Assembly: GCA_030704615.1 (NCBI GenBank)
Contig: CM060733.1
Span: forward strand, 13,206,001 to 13,270,000
From: Takakia lepidozioides
Taxonomy: Eukaryota; Plantae; Bryophyta
Reading direction: 5' to 3'
DNA length: 64,000 nt
How positions within the stretch are numbered: the first letter of the stretch is position 1; the number at the start of each line of letters is the position of its first letter. The notes beneath the pieces are model-generated. The model made no database searches. It saw nothing but the letters and a program-made list of their open reading frames with translations, and was not told where the DNA came from. Shown here in pieces: positions 1 to 13,900 of the stretch. Both the position numbers and the translations under genes were made by a program.

Positions 1-98
1 GGTGGGGGGGGGGGAGTGACTGAGCAGCTGCTACTCAGTCACTCCCCCCCCCCCCCACCTTCCTCTTTTTCTTTTTGTTTCTTGATCTCTCCCTCTCA

Positions 99-100
<2 letters not shown>

Positions 101-148
<48 letters not shown>
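101..148. repeat. (CT)n microsatellite
   Basis: Perfect CT dinucleotide run. It explains the SLSL/ERER ORFs at 16-278. Confidence 0.95.
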
Positions 149-153
<5 letters not shown>

Positions 154-499
154 CTTTCGTGCTGTTCACAAAAAAAAAAAACCACAGAGGGAAAGAGGGG
201 GTAGAAAAAGTTAATAAGAGAGAGGGAGAGAGTGGGAAGATATTCATGTCATGTCAAGACATGGACAAGACCAACTAGGGTCATTGTCAATTAAAGACAT
301 AAACAACCCCATGACAGGGCACCATCTAACATTTCCAATCTTGTCATAACACACCAAGTGACGCCACCCATTCAGTCATGATAAAACAGGGTGGGAGGGC
401 GGGGTATGTTCATAATCAGATTCCTGTCATGTACCCAAGTGACCCTCTTGCACAATATAAGTCAGATTGCAGCCTCAGATTACATCATCCATAGTTATC

Positions 500-1100
500 C
501 ATAAGATATGCACCATGCAAGATATCATGGGCATATAAGAACATCTTACCACATTACAGATCCAAGATATGTATACACAAGTACCTTGAGGTGATCCAAG
601 ACAAGCATTATGCAAAGTAGGTAAGAACAGCCTGCCCTACAACACATTCAAGGAGTGTTCACACCGGTAGCAGGAAGGACCAGCCTGCAATTAATTACAC
701 TTCGGGCCTGCCACCAAGTACACTTCTTGGGCATGGCAAGCTATATTGCAGCTTCACATTTGGCCAAATGTAAGCACCCCAAAGCAAGCATCGTGCAAGG
801 CCTTCTGGATATGTAAGAACAGCCTGTCATTATACATATTCAGGACCTGTGCACATAGGACTCTTGTTGGCCCAGCCTGCAGTAAATCAACCTCCAAACA
901 TGCAACCAAGTGATCACTTTGGGCATGACAAGACTGACTGCGACTTCATTCTACATCATGTACAGTTGCCCCAAGATATGCATCATGTAAGGCATTTTGG
1001 CATGGAAGAAAGGCCTGCCCTGTCACAGCATCCAGATATGGACACACATACAATTTGAGTGCCCAAGACCAAGCCCTCTTGGCCATGATAAATCATACAA
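500..1100. repeat. Degenerate ~192-bp tandem repeat (about 3 units)
   Basis: G(T/G)AAGAA(C/A)(A/G)GCCTG recurs at 621, 813 and 1004. The block CAGCCTGCA...CCAAGT...TTGGGCATG(G/A)CAAG recurs at 681 and 873. Confidence 0.65.
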
Positions 1101-1835
1101 TGCAGGTGGTTGTTCATATGGCAAAATAAAGTAACTAATCACTGGCCAGAGTCTTTTAGAGCTTACCATCACTGTTTCACAGAAGGCTAATGCCATGTTT
1201 TGCAAATGGAACCTCACTATGCTCCATTCCACAACAAATCCAGGTCTGAAAACGGCCTGTCATTGCCTTATCAGGCTGTCTTCTTTAACAAAAACCAAAC
1301 CTCCTCATCCTTAGAGCCAAACAGCCACTGATGACTTTATCCTTACACCATCAATCCTCTTTTAAGGCCAGAAAAAGGGACCTAGTCTAAAAATCCACAG
1401 ACAAAGTTGTCAAAGATTCAAGACATGGTAGGACTCACATGTTGTGCTGCATGAGACAAAGCTGCCAGGCCAAAATGCTCCATCAGCAGCAGCAAAAGAT
1501 AAGTCAAAAGCCAGCATCATCATGTCAAACCGGGAGCAAGCAGGCCGAAATCGGGGCTGCAGGCAGCAGCAGTATGTTCCTTTTGCACACATCCTTATTT
1601 GTAAGCTCAAGAGAATTCAAAGTAGGTAGGGATCCTCACCTAATCCCATCACAAGCCCCCACAAAAACCAATGGATTAGTGAAGATTGTGGAACCCCAGG
1701 TGAATCACAGACCCCTACACTTGTTATCGATGTCAACTAAGAACCCCAAAAACAAGGACAAAGAGAGGGAGTGAGAGGGTGAGTTGCCCAAAAACTAGGC
1801 CTCAGAAGGGACTGGGTTTTTGGCTTAGCCTCGAC

Positions 1836-4081
1836 TCCCATCCACATGTGGAAGGTGACATGGCGTACAATTACGCACATGGTCCTTCCATACCATGCCA
1901 TCTCGACCCTCCAGAATCAACACTCGTGAAGGCCTCCCGTACCCGTAGAATCACACGCCCTGCTGTGACATCCAAGGTTGTAGGTGTTGTCTGCTGCAGA
2001 TACACATAGTCCCCAGGGTTGAATCTCCAAACACTCGGTTGATATCCGCCTTCTTGTATGGTGGCATATCTCAATGTGTCTCGGTGTTGGGCAATAACAA
2101 GGTTATCAAAAGCCATAGGCATGACTCTCTTGAACAACTCTGCCCGCTGGTCACACGCTTGTGTCTACACGGTCAAGGACTACTGCAGCCTCCCTGCGAA
2201 TAGATGCAGGTAAATCGGGCTCTCGGCCGAAGAAAAGAAAGTAAGGTGAGAAGGAGGCAAGTGACGTTTGTTTGCTGAACCTATAGCCCATAGCCAACCA
2301 TGGCAGCTGAAGGTCCCAATCTCCCAGGTATCCCTTCTGCAAACCATACTTGCGCAAACCCCTCTTGACTATCTGAACAACTCTCTTCGCCATGCCATCA
2401 GCCTCGGGATGATCCCGAGAAGTAGTCCGGTGGTCTATCAAGGTTTGCTCACACAAAGCTTGAAACTCCCCCAAGAACTCTCTCCCGTGGTCCGTGAGTA
2501 CCTCGGCTGGAGTACCAAATTGGCTAAGCACTCGATCTAAGAATGCATACGCAGCCTCCTCATTTGCCTTGTCAGGCAATGCCACCAGTTCAATCCATTT
2601 GGAGAAATGTTCCACCATCACCAGCACATACTTGTTATGGCGAATCGTTAATGGTAATGGGCCTGCGAAGTCAAGACTCCAACGATAGCCCAAACCCATA
2701 ATGGGTAAAGGATGCAATTGTGGAGTAGGTGCATTGAAAGAAGCCCATACTCTATCACACATCATGGACCTTGCCACTAACTGTTGCACATCCATGTGCA
2801 TGCCCCGCCACCAGTACTGTCCTTGTAGCAAACTATGATTGCGCCACACCCCAAAATGTCCTAACTCCTCATGGGCATGGCGTACCAATCGCGCTCGTTG
2901 TGTTGGATGAGGCACAATCCTCACTCGTTCATCCTCCCATACTCGGAGTAGGTGAGTCCCGTCCCACTTGAACCTCTTGGCTTGTTGTAGGATCCGATCT
3001 CTCTCCTTAGCAGTCACACTGGCTGCTGTCTCTCCAGTACGAAGGTAGGCCAACATTGCTGCATCTTCATGCACATCCTTAGCACCACCAAGCTCATCAC
3101 TGATCTCTGGATCGTCATGCATACTATCTCTATGACCAATCACATGGGATGGACCAGCTTGAGCTCCCATTGCTAGAATGCACAAAAAGAAAGATGCGTG
3201 CTATCCTGGCACCATCTCCTCGTCCGTCTCACCATGCCAACGAGCTCCTGTATCATTAAGCTCACTTGTGCATGGATTGCGACTCAATCCATCCGCATCC
3301 CGGTTGATTATTCCGGCTCAATGCACCACCTGGAAGTCGTACTCTTGAAGCATAAGTGTCCACCGTGCAAGCTTCCCTGTAAACTTGTCTGACTCCATCA
3401 ATGTCTACTTCAATGGTTGGTGATCCGTGACAAGGGTGAAGAGATTGCCATAGAGATAGTATATGAAATGTGCCACTGCCCATACTACAGCTAGACACTC
3501 TCTTTCATATGAGCTATTCTTTGCCTCAGCATCATTGTTCGAGCGGCTAGCATATGCCACTATGAACTCTCTTCCCTCATCATCCACTGGTACCTGCAGG
3601 GTTGCGTTGCATGCTATATGGGCATGCTGGTGTGTGATAAATGCTCAAGGGGGTGGCACATGGGATGCTTGACACCGCCACTTGAGGAGGTTCCTAGCGG
3701 AGAATGGTTGTGTCCACGATGCCTTGGATAGAGATAGTGGACACGACAATGGTGAGGTTGACAAGGACCCAAGGTCTAGCTAGTGGGGGTTCAACGCCAT
3801 GGATCCCCCAGTGAAAGTCATGGACTGCAAGAAGGCCACTAACAATGGGGCTACTTTTGCACCCGGCCTCTTGATCTATCGACTTCGGATACTGGGGACT
3901 TGTGCAATTGAAGACCAAGCAATGATCTTATTAGGGTGGATACTTGTCAGTTATCCGGTGTTAGAAGGATCTAATCACCAGCTAGGGGGGCGATTGTGGC
4001 ATAGCTTTATAGGATTGTATGCTTAGGATGTGTGAGGGACAGCGATGTATGTTGTGGCACGATGCTTAGGTGCACGACACA
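1836..4081. mobile_element. Degenerate Ty3/gypsy LTR retrotransposon (RNase H, integrase, PHD finger, PPT, truncated 3' LTR), internally inverted
   Basis: Minus 3405-3587: RNase H (IVAYASRS...ECLAVVWAVAHF...FTLVTDHQPL). Minus 2151-3185: integrase (HEELGHFG...WSLDFAGPLP...LTDHGREF...). Minus 1836-2137: integrase C-terminus (FNPGDYVYL...CHLPHVDG). Plus 3587-3730: LVPAGLRCML...MLVCDKCSRGWHMGCLTPPLEEVPSGEWLCPRC (PHD). PPT AGGGGGGCGAT followed by TG at 3995. Confidence 0.9.
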
Positions 4082-4489
4082 TTTCATTTCATTTCATTTC
4101 TCATAGGCTCATTGCACACCACGTTCCAGCATGGTTAGCACTTATTTCCCTGATGATTCAAAAAGAAAAAAGATGAAACCGAGACATAAGCATCAGTATA
4201 GAGGTGCACACAATTGAAGGTGATTGACATTCATCACTGAATATGGCCACCTTCATGTGTGAGTAGCTGCGATATGCTGTGAAGTGAAAATGAGAGGTGG
4301 TTAGGATTGTGACGCCACGCTTTGACATGCCTGTTGCAATGACCTGGAGCCAACTGATAAAGAGGTGACTCAGAAGCAAAATGGAGAAAGAAAGAGAGAG
4401 AAGCTTAAAACATCCACCAAATAGAGGAAAAACTTCGCTGCATATCGAAACCAGTAGTAGCTCAGAACACGAGCTCTGAGTTTGCCACA

Positions 4490-5420
4490 CTTGTCGAAAA
4501 GTGCGAAGACGATAGAGATTCCTGCCCTTGATGAGCAGAGGATACATGGAAGGCAATGGCCTCAAACCTGTGCTCCATAGAACCTCAATTTGCTTATGTC
4601 ACATTACGCTACATTAAGGAGAAGTTTTTATTGAACAACACACCAAGAACTCAAGACATCAAGCTGGCCAAGACTTTCAAATACAGCAGACTGAAGCTCT
4701 AAAAAGTGAGAGGCAGTGCAGTATAACCCAGCAAAACTTTCAAGTAGTTTGAATTTAACTCAGCCATGGTGTCTATGCCATAACAGTATGGCAAACAGTC
4801 TGATGATTACAATATGTGTTTGTCCACCAAGGTCCCCAAGAATAACTCACTGTGAATGTGTGTTGCTGCTTGGTGGCACCATAGCTTTCATTCACAACAT
4901 GCCCAGCCAATGGTGGGCCAGTTGCTCTTCTTGATATCTGCCCCAATCCCACCCACCGTGTCAACGACAAAGTACTTGCTCAAGATCTGCAGTCGTCCAA
5001 TGTGTGGAGATTGAAAGGAAAAGTGAATAGAGCCACATACAAATCCAGTGGAGAGGAAGTACCTTCAATATCACAGTGCAAAGATGATGATGTATAGCAC
5101 ACATTAGATAATGCACAGTGATGAAAAAATAGGGTGAACTGAACTTATTGATCATAAACTTTCTGCTGAAAAATACGACATCTCCTTGGACGTCATCACC
5201 TGCGAGTAAAGTTTCCCATATCAATGTTTCGACCCATGTTTTGATGGGAGCAAAAGGCTCTGATGAAGCTGGCATCTATGCAGGGGGTAATTACATGTGC
5301 AGTTGATTGAGAATGTTGCCCTTCTGTATTTGGTGGCTTCACCACCTCCATCTTTGACGCTACACAAATCAAGAATCATTAAATAGAGCTTCTCAATCCA
5401 GTTTGCCTCTCTCTCTTGCA
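4490..5420 (-). pseudogene. Pseudogene fragment of a plant SAP-domain / zinc-finger CCCH62-like protein
   Basis: Spaced exon remnants: KDGGGE...FSINCT (~5290-5360), GD..QGDVVFF (~5140-5200), AGHVVNESYGATKQQHTFT (~4850-4935), IEVLWSTG...YPLLIKGRNLYRLRTFRQ (~4490-4590). Frameshifts and deletions are present. Family recognised from the ESYG..KQQHTFT-IEVLWS motif. Confidence 0.7.
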
Positions 5421-6029
5421 CTTTGCCCCAGTCCCTCCCTTAGATTTAATAAAAAAAAAAATGTCTTGGAACGGACATAATACATCTCTCTCTCTCCGTC
5501 TCTTCAAGCTTTGGCCACAAGGCTTTCCATGGATCTAATGAAGTATATTTCTTTCTCTCTTATAGGCCTCCTGTGGATGTATCAAGCTTGTTTCTCTCTC
5601 TCTTTCCTCATGCCTAATTACTTTTGCCACTTTTTCCACATTAATCAACAAGGGTTTGGGGAATGCCAGGTTGGTTCACACAACCTACAGATTGAGAAAG
5701 GCAAATCGGACATACTACATGAGGATAGATTTCTCTAATATGCAACATGCATCAGGAGAAGAGACAACATAATTGAAATTTCTCCTGCCCTGTACTTTAG
5801 ATCAGAGGGAGCTATTACCTGTCATTCGGAGACCACCCACACTTGACAAAGGCATTTGAGTGGTCGCCTCCTTAACTTCATGAGGCACTCTGTCTTCGGG
5901 CACCCATGTACACTTTATTCTGTTACGGAATCATTTAAAAAAAAAAAAATTGTTTGTTCGACACTCTTGGCCCATAAGCTCCTATGGATGTAATAAAGGT
6001 TTCTCTCTGTCTCTCCTCTTTAAAGTACC

Positions 6030-6330
6030 AAGAGAGCCTTTAAGAAGCGCTTAGCTCCTGTCTTCTTTGACTTTGTCTTGACACAACCGCTCAATCCCCA
6101 GAGGCCTTGTGAGATCCCGGGAAATGTCGACCCGTCTTAAAGAGAGTCCAAATGCATCTTTGCTTCTATTGCAACCTCATGAGAAGTGTTCACCACATAT
6201 TTTCCACGCACCCTAGCTTCCAACTCAGCCTTGTGAGATGCGAGAGATGCCATTTGCAGGAGAACTTCTGAGAAATTAATGAGAGGATGGTCCCCTAGGT
6301 CCATTTATACTTTGAATATTCATCCGCTTG
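6030..6330 (-). pseudogene. Truncated, frameshifted copy of the orphan SHK-repeat ORF (paralog of 40358-40897)
   Basis: MDLGDHPLINFSEVLLQMASLASHKAELEARVRGKYVVNTSHEVAIEAKMHLD, then a 2-nt deletion and stop. High nucleotide identity to 40350-40670. Confidence 0.75.
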
Positions 6331-7843
6331 AATCATCCATTAAAGTCAATGACAAATAAAAGGGGGCAGACCGGTAAAGAGGGTGGCCCTTTAATTTGGT
6401 GGCTAATTAAACACACCCCTGCAGAGTATTACCATCTGCTGCAGGCGCAAACGATGTTGTGTGTCAGTTGCTTGAAGAATGACAAATTTTCTCCTTTTTA
6501 TCAAACAGGCAACAGTGGTTGTGGTTGGTGGTATCAGTAGCTTGTTTTCCTCAGCAGGGCAAAAAGTAGTTTGGCCCCAGTTATTTCCAAGCTGCTTGTA
6601 AGCTTTGGTGGTTGTAGTCTGCTTTCAGTATGGCTGATAAGCTGCAAGCACTTTTGGTGAACACTGAGAAGTTTAGAATCACCAGACTTCAGACATAAGC
6701 CACAAAGTAAGTCCTTGATTGAAGTCTTGGGCAATGTATTGCTGTGCAGTGCAATCCTTGACCCAACCCTTGGTTACATTTGTCATAACAGCAGGCTGTT
6801 TTCAATTCTGTTGTACCTTCATCTTGTAGATCCTAGTCACGAAGACGGCACCCTACTTTTGAAGGAAGGGATGGCTACAAGGGACGTTTATTAGGCTACA
6901 CAGTGACCAAAAGAATGTTCCCTTGTGAGCTTAGTAGAGAGGAAATAAAATACTCAGATTCTCCATGATTTTGGAGCACAATATATTACCTTTCAGGATG
7001 CAACTACAGATTAGATTTGGGTAGGAGCAGAATCAGGACAGCAGGCTTTTCTGTTCTTTAGTTGTCATCTTTTGTCTAAGAAGATTTAGCAAGGGAGGTT
7101 TCTCTCTGAACGAAACATGAAGATTTCCAGATTGAACTGACTTACAACTTCAAAAACTATGGTCATTTCTTCTCACCTTCACACAGGTTTTTCATCTCTG
7201 GGAATATGTTTGCAAACACTCCCACTTGACAGATATGGAGGGTTAAATTTTGGTGCTATTGACGTGTCAACTATCAACCCTTTTATGATACAACCAAAAT
7301 CATTTGTAACCCCATTTACCACCAGTTAGGGTCACAAGCACCGATTGTTGTGGTTGGAATGGCAGACTCTGCTATCAACAAGAGATCAATGGAGCGAAGT
7401 TGGTTAGAAGTAAGTAAAATTTCTGCAGAAAATTATTCATGACTAAAGAAACTTTTATTGATTATTTTCTTAGAGCACGAGGAAATAAGTTTGGTAGCTA
7501 AGTCCAGAGTACTTATACAGGAAGCAACTACTCACTACTCATATTTCTTGCAATCAATTTGCAGATTCTAAGCATATCATCCACCTTCTGGAGTACAAAT
7601 AAAAAGAAACTAAACAGTGGGACGATACCACTTTCATCGCCACCTTGTTCCATGATCAGGCAAATACCTGCTAAGAATACAGAGAGACGGGCCACTAGGA
7701 GGGAGATGTCAAAAGCACGAGTTGTGCTGGAAGGTCCACCATGCAAAACTGCTGTGCTCTTATCCGTTTCACACTGCTCAGGGCTTCCGTTTCACCTAAA
7801 CTTTTCGAAGCTCTTGACTAGATTAGACTAATACAAAATCTCC

Positions 7844-10800
7844 TTAAGGAACTCGGCACTCCTGAATGCGCCAGATGTCTTTGGCATACTGGGCAATTGT
7901 TCGGTCACTGCTGAATTTGCCAGATCCTGCTGTGCTCATAATAGACATCCGGTTCCAACGTTTTTTGTCCCTGCCATTTCCACAACCCAAGAATGCATTA
8001 GGACCCACCCAAGAAAAAGGGAGCCACAGATGACTTCACTAGGTGAGGAGACACAATCCTAAAACAAAGAACAACTCAAAAAGTAGGTGTTGTCAGATGT
8101 CCCTTTTACATTGGATTCACATAAATATCTGCTTAAATTATATCTGTGTGAAAGGAGAGAGAGAATGTACTCATCGACGTTTGCTGTAGCCTTGTGGCCA
8201 TTGACCCCGCGCCCAGTTTGAGCGGAACACAAAGGGACAGAAACTACATTTGTCAGGGGCTGACGGCGGTAGTATGACTTATCTTGAAACAGACAATTGA
8301 TCCGAGTTTTCCAGATATCTAGAAGAGAGGATAGATTGTACTCATAAGACGTTGTTTGCCGTAGCCTTGTGGCCATTGACCCCGCGCCCAGTTTGAGCGG
8401 GAACAAAAGGGACAGAACGTACCTCTGTCAGGGGCTGACGTTGGTAGTAAGACTTACCTCCATATAAAGAATTAATCCAGGTTTTCCAGATATCCTCTAG
8501 AAATCCCTTCACACAAGCATCGATCTGCCGTGTGTGATTTGCCCAAAAACTAGGCCTCAGGAGGGCCTGGGCTATCTCTTCTATCCTCTAGAAGAGAGGA
8601 TAGAGAGAGAGAGGGAGTGAGAGAGCCAAAACTCCTTTCCATAATAGGGTGACTGGTTATTACACTTCTCTGCCCTCGACATTTTCTCTGCCCTCATATT
8701 GGATGGCTTTTTAAGTTTCCATGACTTGACGTCTGCAGATTTGTCCTGATCTTATATCTTCGAAGAATCTCAAATTCTTCTGCATCTCGAGGTTCTTTGT
8801 TTTCCAAATGTAAAATCTGTGTACGTGGTCCCAATTGGGACTGCTAACGTAGATAAAATGCCTCTTCAGACCCCACTTCACTCTGAATATAGAGATCGTG
8901 TGTTTCCTATGTTTTGCATGTCAGCTGTCAAATAAATGAAACGGTACTTTATAACGTCCGCAGAAAGCTCAAAGAGCTTATGGGACAAAATGGAAAAAAC
9001 AAGAGAGAGGAAACAAAACCAAAAGCAAAGGAATTTTTGACTGAATATAGAGATCGTGTGTTTCCTATGTTTTGCATGTCAGCTGTCAAATAAATGAAAC
9101 GGTACTTTATAACGTCCGCAGAAAGCTCAAAGAGCTTATGGGACAAAATGGAAAAAACAAGAGAGAGGAAACAAAACCAAAAGCAAAGGAATTTTTGACT
9201 TACTTGTAAACTTCGTCAACCTCCACTTGGGCTTCTATGTAACCAGCGAAGTCCACCCCCACCAGAAAATAATCGCCACGGCCATACCCACTGTTACCTT
9301 CCAGTGAGTCCAACAGGGGAGTGTAATCAAAGTCCCCAAACACCTTGTCCCGGATCAACTCCTTAGCTTCCTGGAAGCGTGGGTCTGGGGTAAACTGGAA
9401 TACGGATAACAAAACCACAAAGTGAGCTTTGTATCCTCACGCAGGTCATAAACAACATCAACACAAAAGATGGAAAATCCCAACACCATGTTTGTACCCA
9501 GGGACTGCCCAATCAATGGCTCTAAGAAGGGGTAAGAAGGTGGGAGAGGTTATGGACCCTCCACTCTCTGTCCATGACTGAAAGAGAAAAAGATTTTGGT
9601 CTCACATGTCCTGCCTCTCTCTCCTTCCGCAACCGTGGCACATCGTCTGCTTTGACACCAAACAGGAAGAAATTTTCAGGGCCAATCTCCTCCCGAATCT
9701 CAACATTAGCACCATCAAGAGTGCCAATTATAAGGCAACCGTTGAGTGCAAACTTCATGTTGCTTGTGCCACTGGCCTCCATGCCAGCTGTACTGATATG
9801 CTGTGACAACTCACTGGCTGGAATCATAAGCTCCGCTGCTGTGACATTATAGTTGGGCACAAAGATGACCTGGTCTCCAACACAGAAACAGTGTTAGTTG
9901 CCACACTAATTTTGCCAGCAGGGGATGTACTCAGTGAACGCCTACAGTGGTGACAGGGAAGGGAAAGGCAGGGTGGGTAGGCATCTGAGATATAAAGAGA
10001 GTCAGAGTTTTCACATCATAAGTGAACCTGCTCAAACACATGGTTGACGCATTGATGTGGGTACTAGGTGGATATGCAGCAGGACGATTTCAGATTCCAT
10101 GTCTAAGGTGTACACCATTGGATTTCAGAATCTAACGCTTCCAAGATCACATCGTTGTTGCAAAAAGTTCCAAGAGCAAGCTGACTATGATGCCAGGGCA
10201 ATTGACAGTCCAAAGGCAATCTATTCAGACTTGTGATGTGGATTCAGATCCAAACCTTGAGTAGATCACCGATATCTGGATCGCTGTTGACAACTGCACC
10301 AACATCAGTCACGAGCTTGACAATCCGTTTTGCTTGGGCATATGTGGCAAATGCCTTGCCTCCAAACATCGAAACACGGGGAACTACCTTCTGCCTCTCT
10401 TCTGGGCTCATCTCCTGTACATATCCACGCATACATGTAAAACTACCTCCTCAACTCTCTGCTTATGCAAACACCAACCCCGACATAGACCATACGAATA
10501 AAACGATGAATACTCAATCACTTGTAATCTCATTTGGAAAGGAATGGAGTCAGGCAATTCCAACCATCAGGTATAGCTGCCATCATGGCCACAGACAGAC
10601 AATTCTCCTTATGCAACATTGCCCTCATTGTCAAACTGGACCACCATCTCTCTGGAAGGTGAAAAGACATCCTACAAGTGGTTCCATTGTACCAAAGGAC
10701 GTACAATGTCTCGCTAGGTATGTTCAAGGTCTAACTTATGTAGAAACATAATATAATCCCACCTGTCAGGCTCTCTGTGCTCTACACCGAAGGGGAATCT

Positions 10801-10933
10801 TCATGCAAAGGAGCAATTACAAAAAAGTCTGCAGCAAAACTCATTTCAAAGTAAGGAAATCCAGGTTAAGAATAATTTTTACATAGATACCTTAATCTTC
10901 TTGTAACGGTAGATGACACCCAATATGTTAAGC

Positions 10934-10964
<31 letters not shown>

Positions 10965-13900
10965 TTTGCGTGTCAAAAAGTGCACTTGGATCCACTTTGA
11001 CACCAGTCACGGCCAAAAGATACTCGGCTAGACGAATTTTGTTAGCCATCTTTGCTGCCTCCCACTCCTTATGTAGCTGCTCATCGTCTGCAAACTGCGA
11101 ATGCAGATACACGGCTGAGGGATTGCACTACAACCAGAGGGAGAGAATGTACTCATAAGACGTGGTTTGCCGTAGCCTTGTGGCCATCGAGGGACCACAG
11201 GGAGAGAATGTACGTTGGTACTAAGACTTACCTCGGTATAAAACATTGATCCGGGTTTTCCAGATATCCTCTAGAAATCCCTTCACACAAGCATCAATCT
11301 GCTGTGTGTGGTTTGCCCAATAACTAGGCCCCAGAAGGGCCTGGGCTTTTGGCTCAGCCTCGAGACTTTCAAAGTTGGTAAACAGGCACAATTCCCTTGA
11401 TAGATTTGAGGAGAGCGTCTCTCTGGTGAGAGAACCCCGGACAGTGAATCAGGAAATGAATATTGTCTTCGGGTTGCCCACACAACAGGCAATTGCACTC
11501 TCCCTTTCCTCTCTGCTTCTGTTTGCTGTTCAAAGGTAGGCTTCCTGCCCTGAGTTTAAATTTCAGTCTAGTGCCGAGAGTGGGTAGACCCTGGAGGTCA
11601 TCCAGAGGGAGAGAGAAAAAGAGAAAGGACTCCATTGAGCCTAGGTGGTCCAAATTGCATATCCACAGTGAGGGATTGGAGGGTGAACCGGAGAGAGGGA
11701 GAGAGAGAGAGAGAGGGAATGCACCGACTACAGCTATGAACTTCACTTCATACTAAGAAGCATCTAATTGATTCCAACACAGCTTTTCTAGCTTTAGCTG
11801 ACAAAGAGAAGCAAACAATATAACCTGCCCGTCACCCTCTAAAGGGAAAGGGAGATGATTCCACATTAAAGTCTGCTTGTCAGCCTTGTGGCCATAAGAC
11901 CCTCCAGGTGCAATTTACCTGCATGTATCAAGTTGGTGCTGAACTTCCAGAGTTGCTCCAAATAGAGCTTAACTTCTATACACAAATTTGATGAGGGTAT
12001 TCACACCAATTTTCTGCCCCGAGGAGGGTCACAGACTTCAAGATTGTTTGTAGGAAAAAACAGAAAGAAACAATATAATGTCCCCAGGAGAGGGAGATTT
12101 AGACAGTTAGAGAGATTGTACTCATAAGACGTTGTTTGCCGTAGCCTTGTGGCCATTGACCCCGCGCCCAGTTTGAGCGGGAAAGACAGTTAGAGAGAGA
12201 GACAGAGAGAGGGGGGGAAAGAAACAAAGAAACGAAATGATTTGACACCTTATGCCCACGATATGCTGAGAGAGCTTATGGGACAAGAGAAAGTGGGAAA
12301 CAAGAAGGACCCACAACAAGCAGCCAGAAACCACAACTATTGATGAAGGAAGTGTCGAACATGTAACGCCTCATGTATATTAGTCATCTGCCACAATGAT
12401 CGTTAAACGACTGACAGTTACACGCCGAAATGTCACCCTATTATGGCAATGATTTTGGATTGCCATTGGGAAGAAGGATTGAAGCATTTCTGATCCTCAT
12501 ACTGGAACCACCACCATACCGGATTGGCTATCTTGGAATAGGTCATAGTATCTCCCCCGGATCTCATATTAGAAAGGACAGTGAGAGAAGAAATGTTCAC
12601 TGTGAAAGAAAGAAACAAACAAACAAAGTTCTTTTACGTTCACTGGAAAGTGCAGAGAGCTATGGGGACACAAAACAAAGAATGCACCTCAGACAAGGAA
12701 AGAGAGAAGAAACAAAGGAAGGAACTCCCCGTGTAACAGAGCTAATGGGACAAGAACACAGATGAGGGAATAGTTCAGGGGAGGACATGTGGTGGGCATG
12801 CCTACCTGACGGAGCCCGGTCAGAAGGTCAAGGTTGGTGACCCACTCATCAGTCCGAAGCCATTTGGTGATGATTGCACTCAGCTCAGGGCTGCAGTAAC
12901 GCAGCCAGCGACGCGGGGTTACCCCATTGGTCTTGTTCTGGAATTTTTGGGGCCACAAGGAGCAGAAATCTGCAAACAGCTCCTTCTTCAAAATGTCGCT
13001 GTGAAGCTCAGCCACACCGTTGACCTGTGATCCACCCGCCCATGTTATCTAATCTTCTAACCAGTCTACTACTGCTCTGCAATATTCAGTTTCAAATACA
13101 AAGAAGCATTGGACATGATGGACTTGATGTAAACATCATTGCTGGGGGGTTTACATATCGGCTGCCACATTTCATATTTACTGCTACCACCCCTGGCATC
13201 TGTGATAAAAGGGTTAGATGGCAGAAGTCTCCCAACACTGACATAATTTCTCAAATTTTACGAATACATCATGAATTTTTTGCAGTTGCTTCTTCTAAGA
13301 CTAGAGCTAGACTCACAGGTGCGAACAAAGACAGAAGGAGGAAGTAAATGAAGATACTTTGTAATGTCCAGGAGAGTGGACGCATGGGTCTCTGGAGGAA
13401 AGTAAACCAACAAAGCCGAGTTCACCGACAAAAAAGCTGAGTTTGTTGACAGCAGCCTACCGTATGAGAGGACACCACACATAAATGTGCCATGCGGACA
13501 ACTGGCTTTTCAGGGTTGTTATCCAACACACGTAAATCCTCCAGCTTGCTTTCTAGGTCAGGCCGATGGGTCTTTACCAATTGCAAAAACTGAATAGTAC
13601 ACATGCCAATCACAAAGCCCCCATCCAGAGCATCAGAAAACTGACTAGCTACAAGTTTAGGGGAAGAACAACATGACAAAAGAGCATTCTACAATCACCA
13701 ATGCAGATGGGTTATGCCAGCCAGGTTGGAATTTGAAAGCCCCCAGGAGAGCCACACACAAATAGAAGCCCAAGCCTTCCATGGCATTGCCAGAAGGGGA
13801 TAAAAGCATTAACGAACCTGCTTGTCAATTTCAGTTATTATCTCCATATGGCGTGGCAGCAGCTTAGCCATGACCTTTTGTGACCACTTCTCCAGAGCCT

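Noticed and set aside
16-278. ORFs rich in SLSL/ERER
   Set aside because: Translations of the (CT)n microsatellite.
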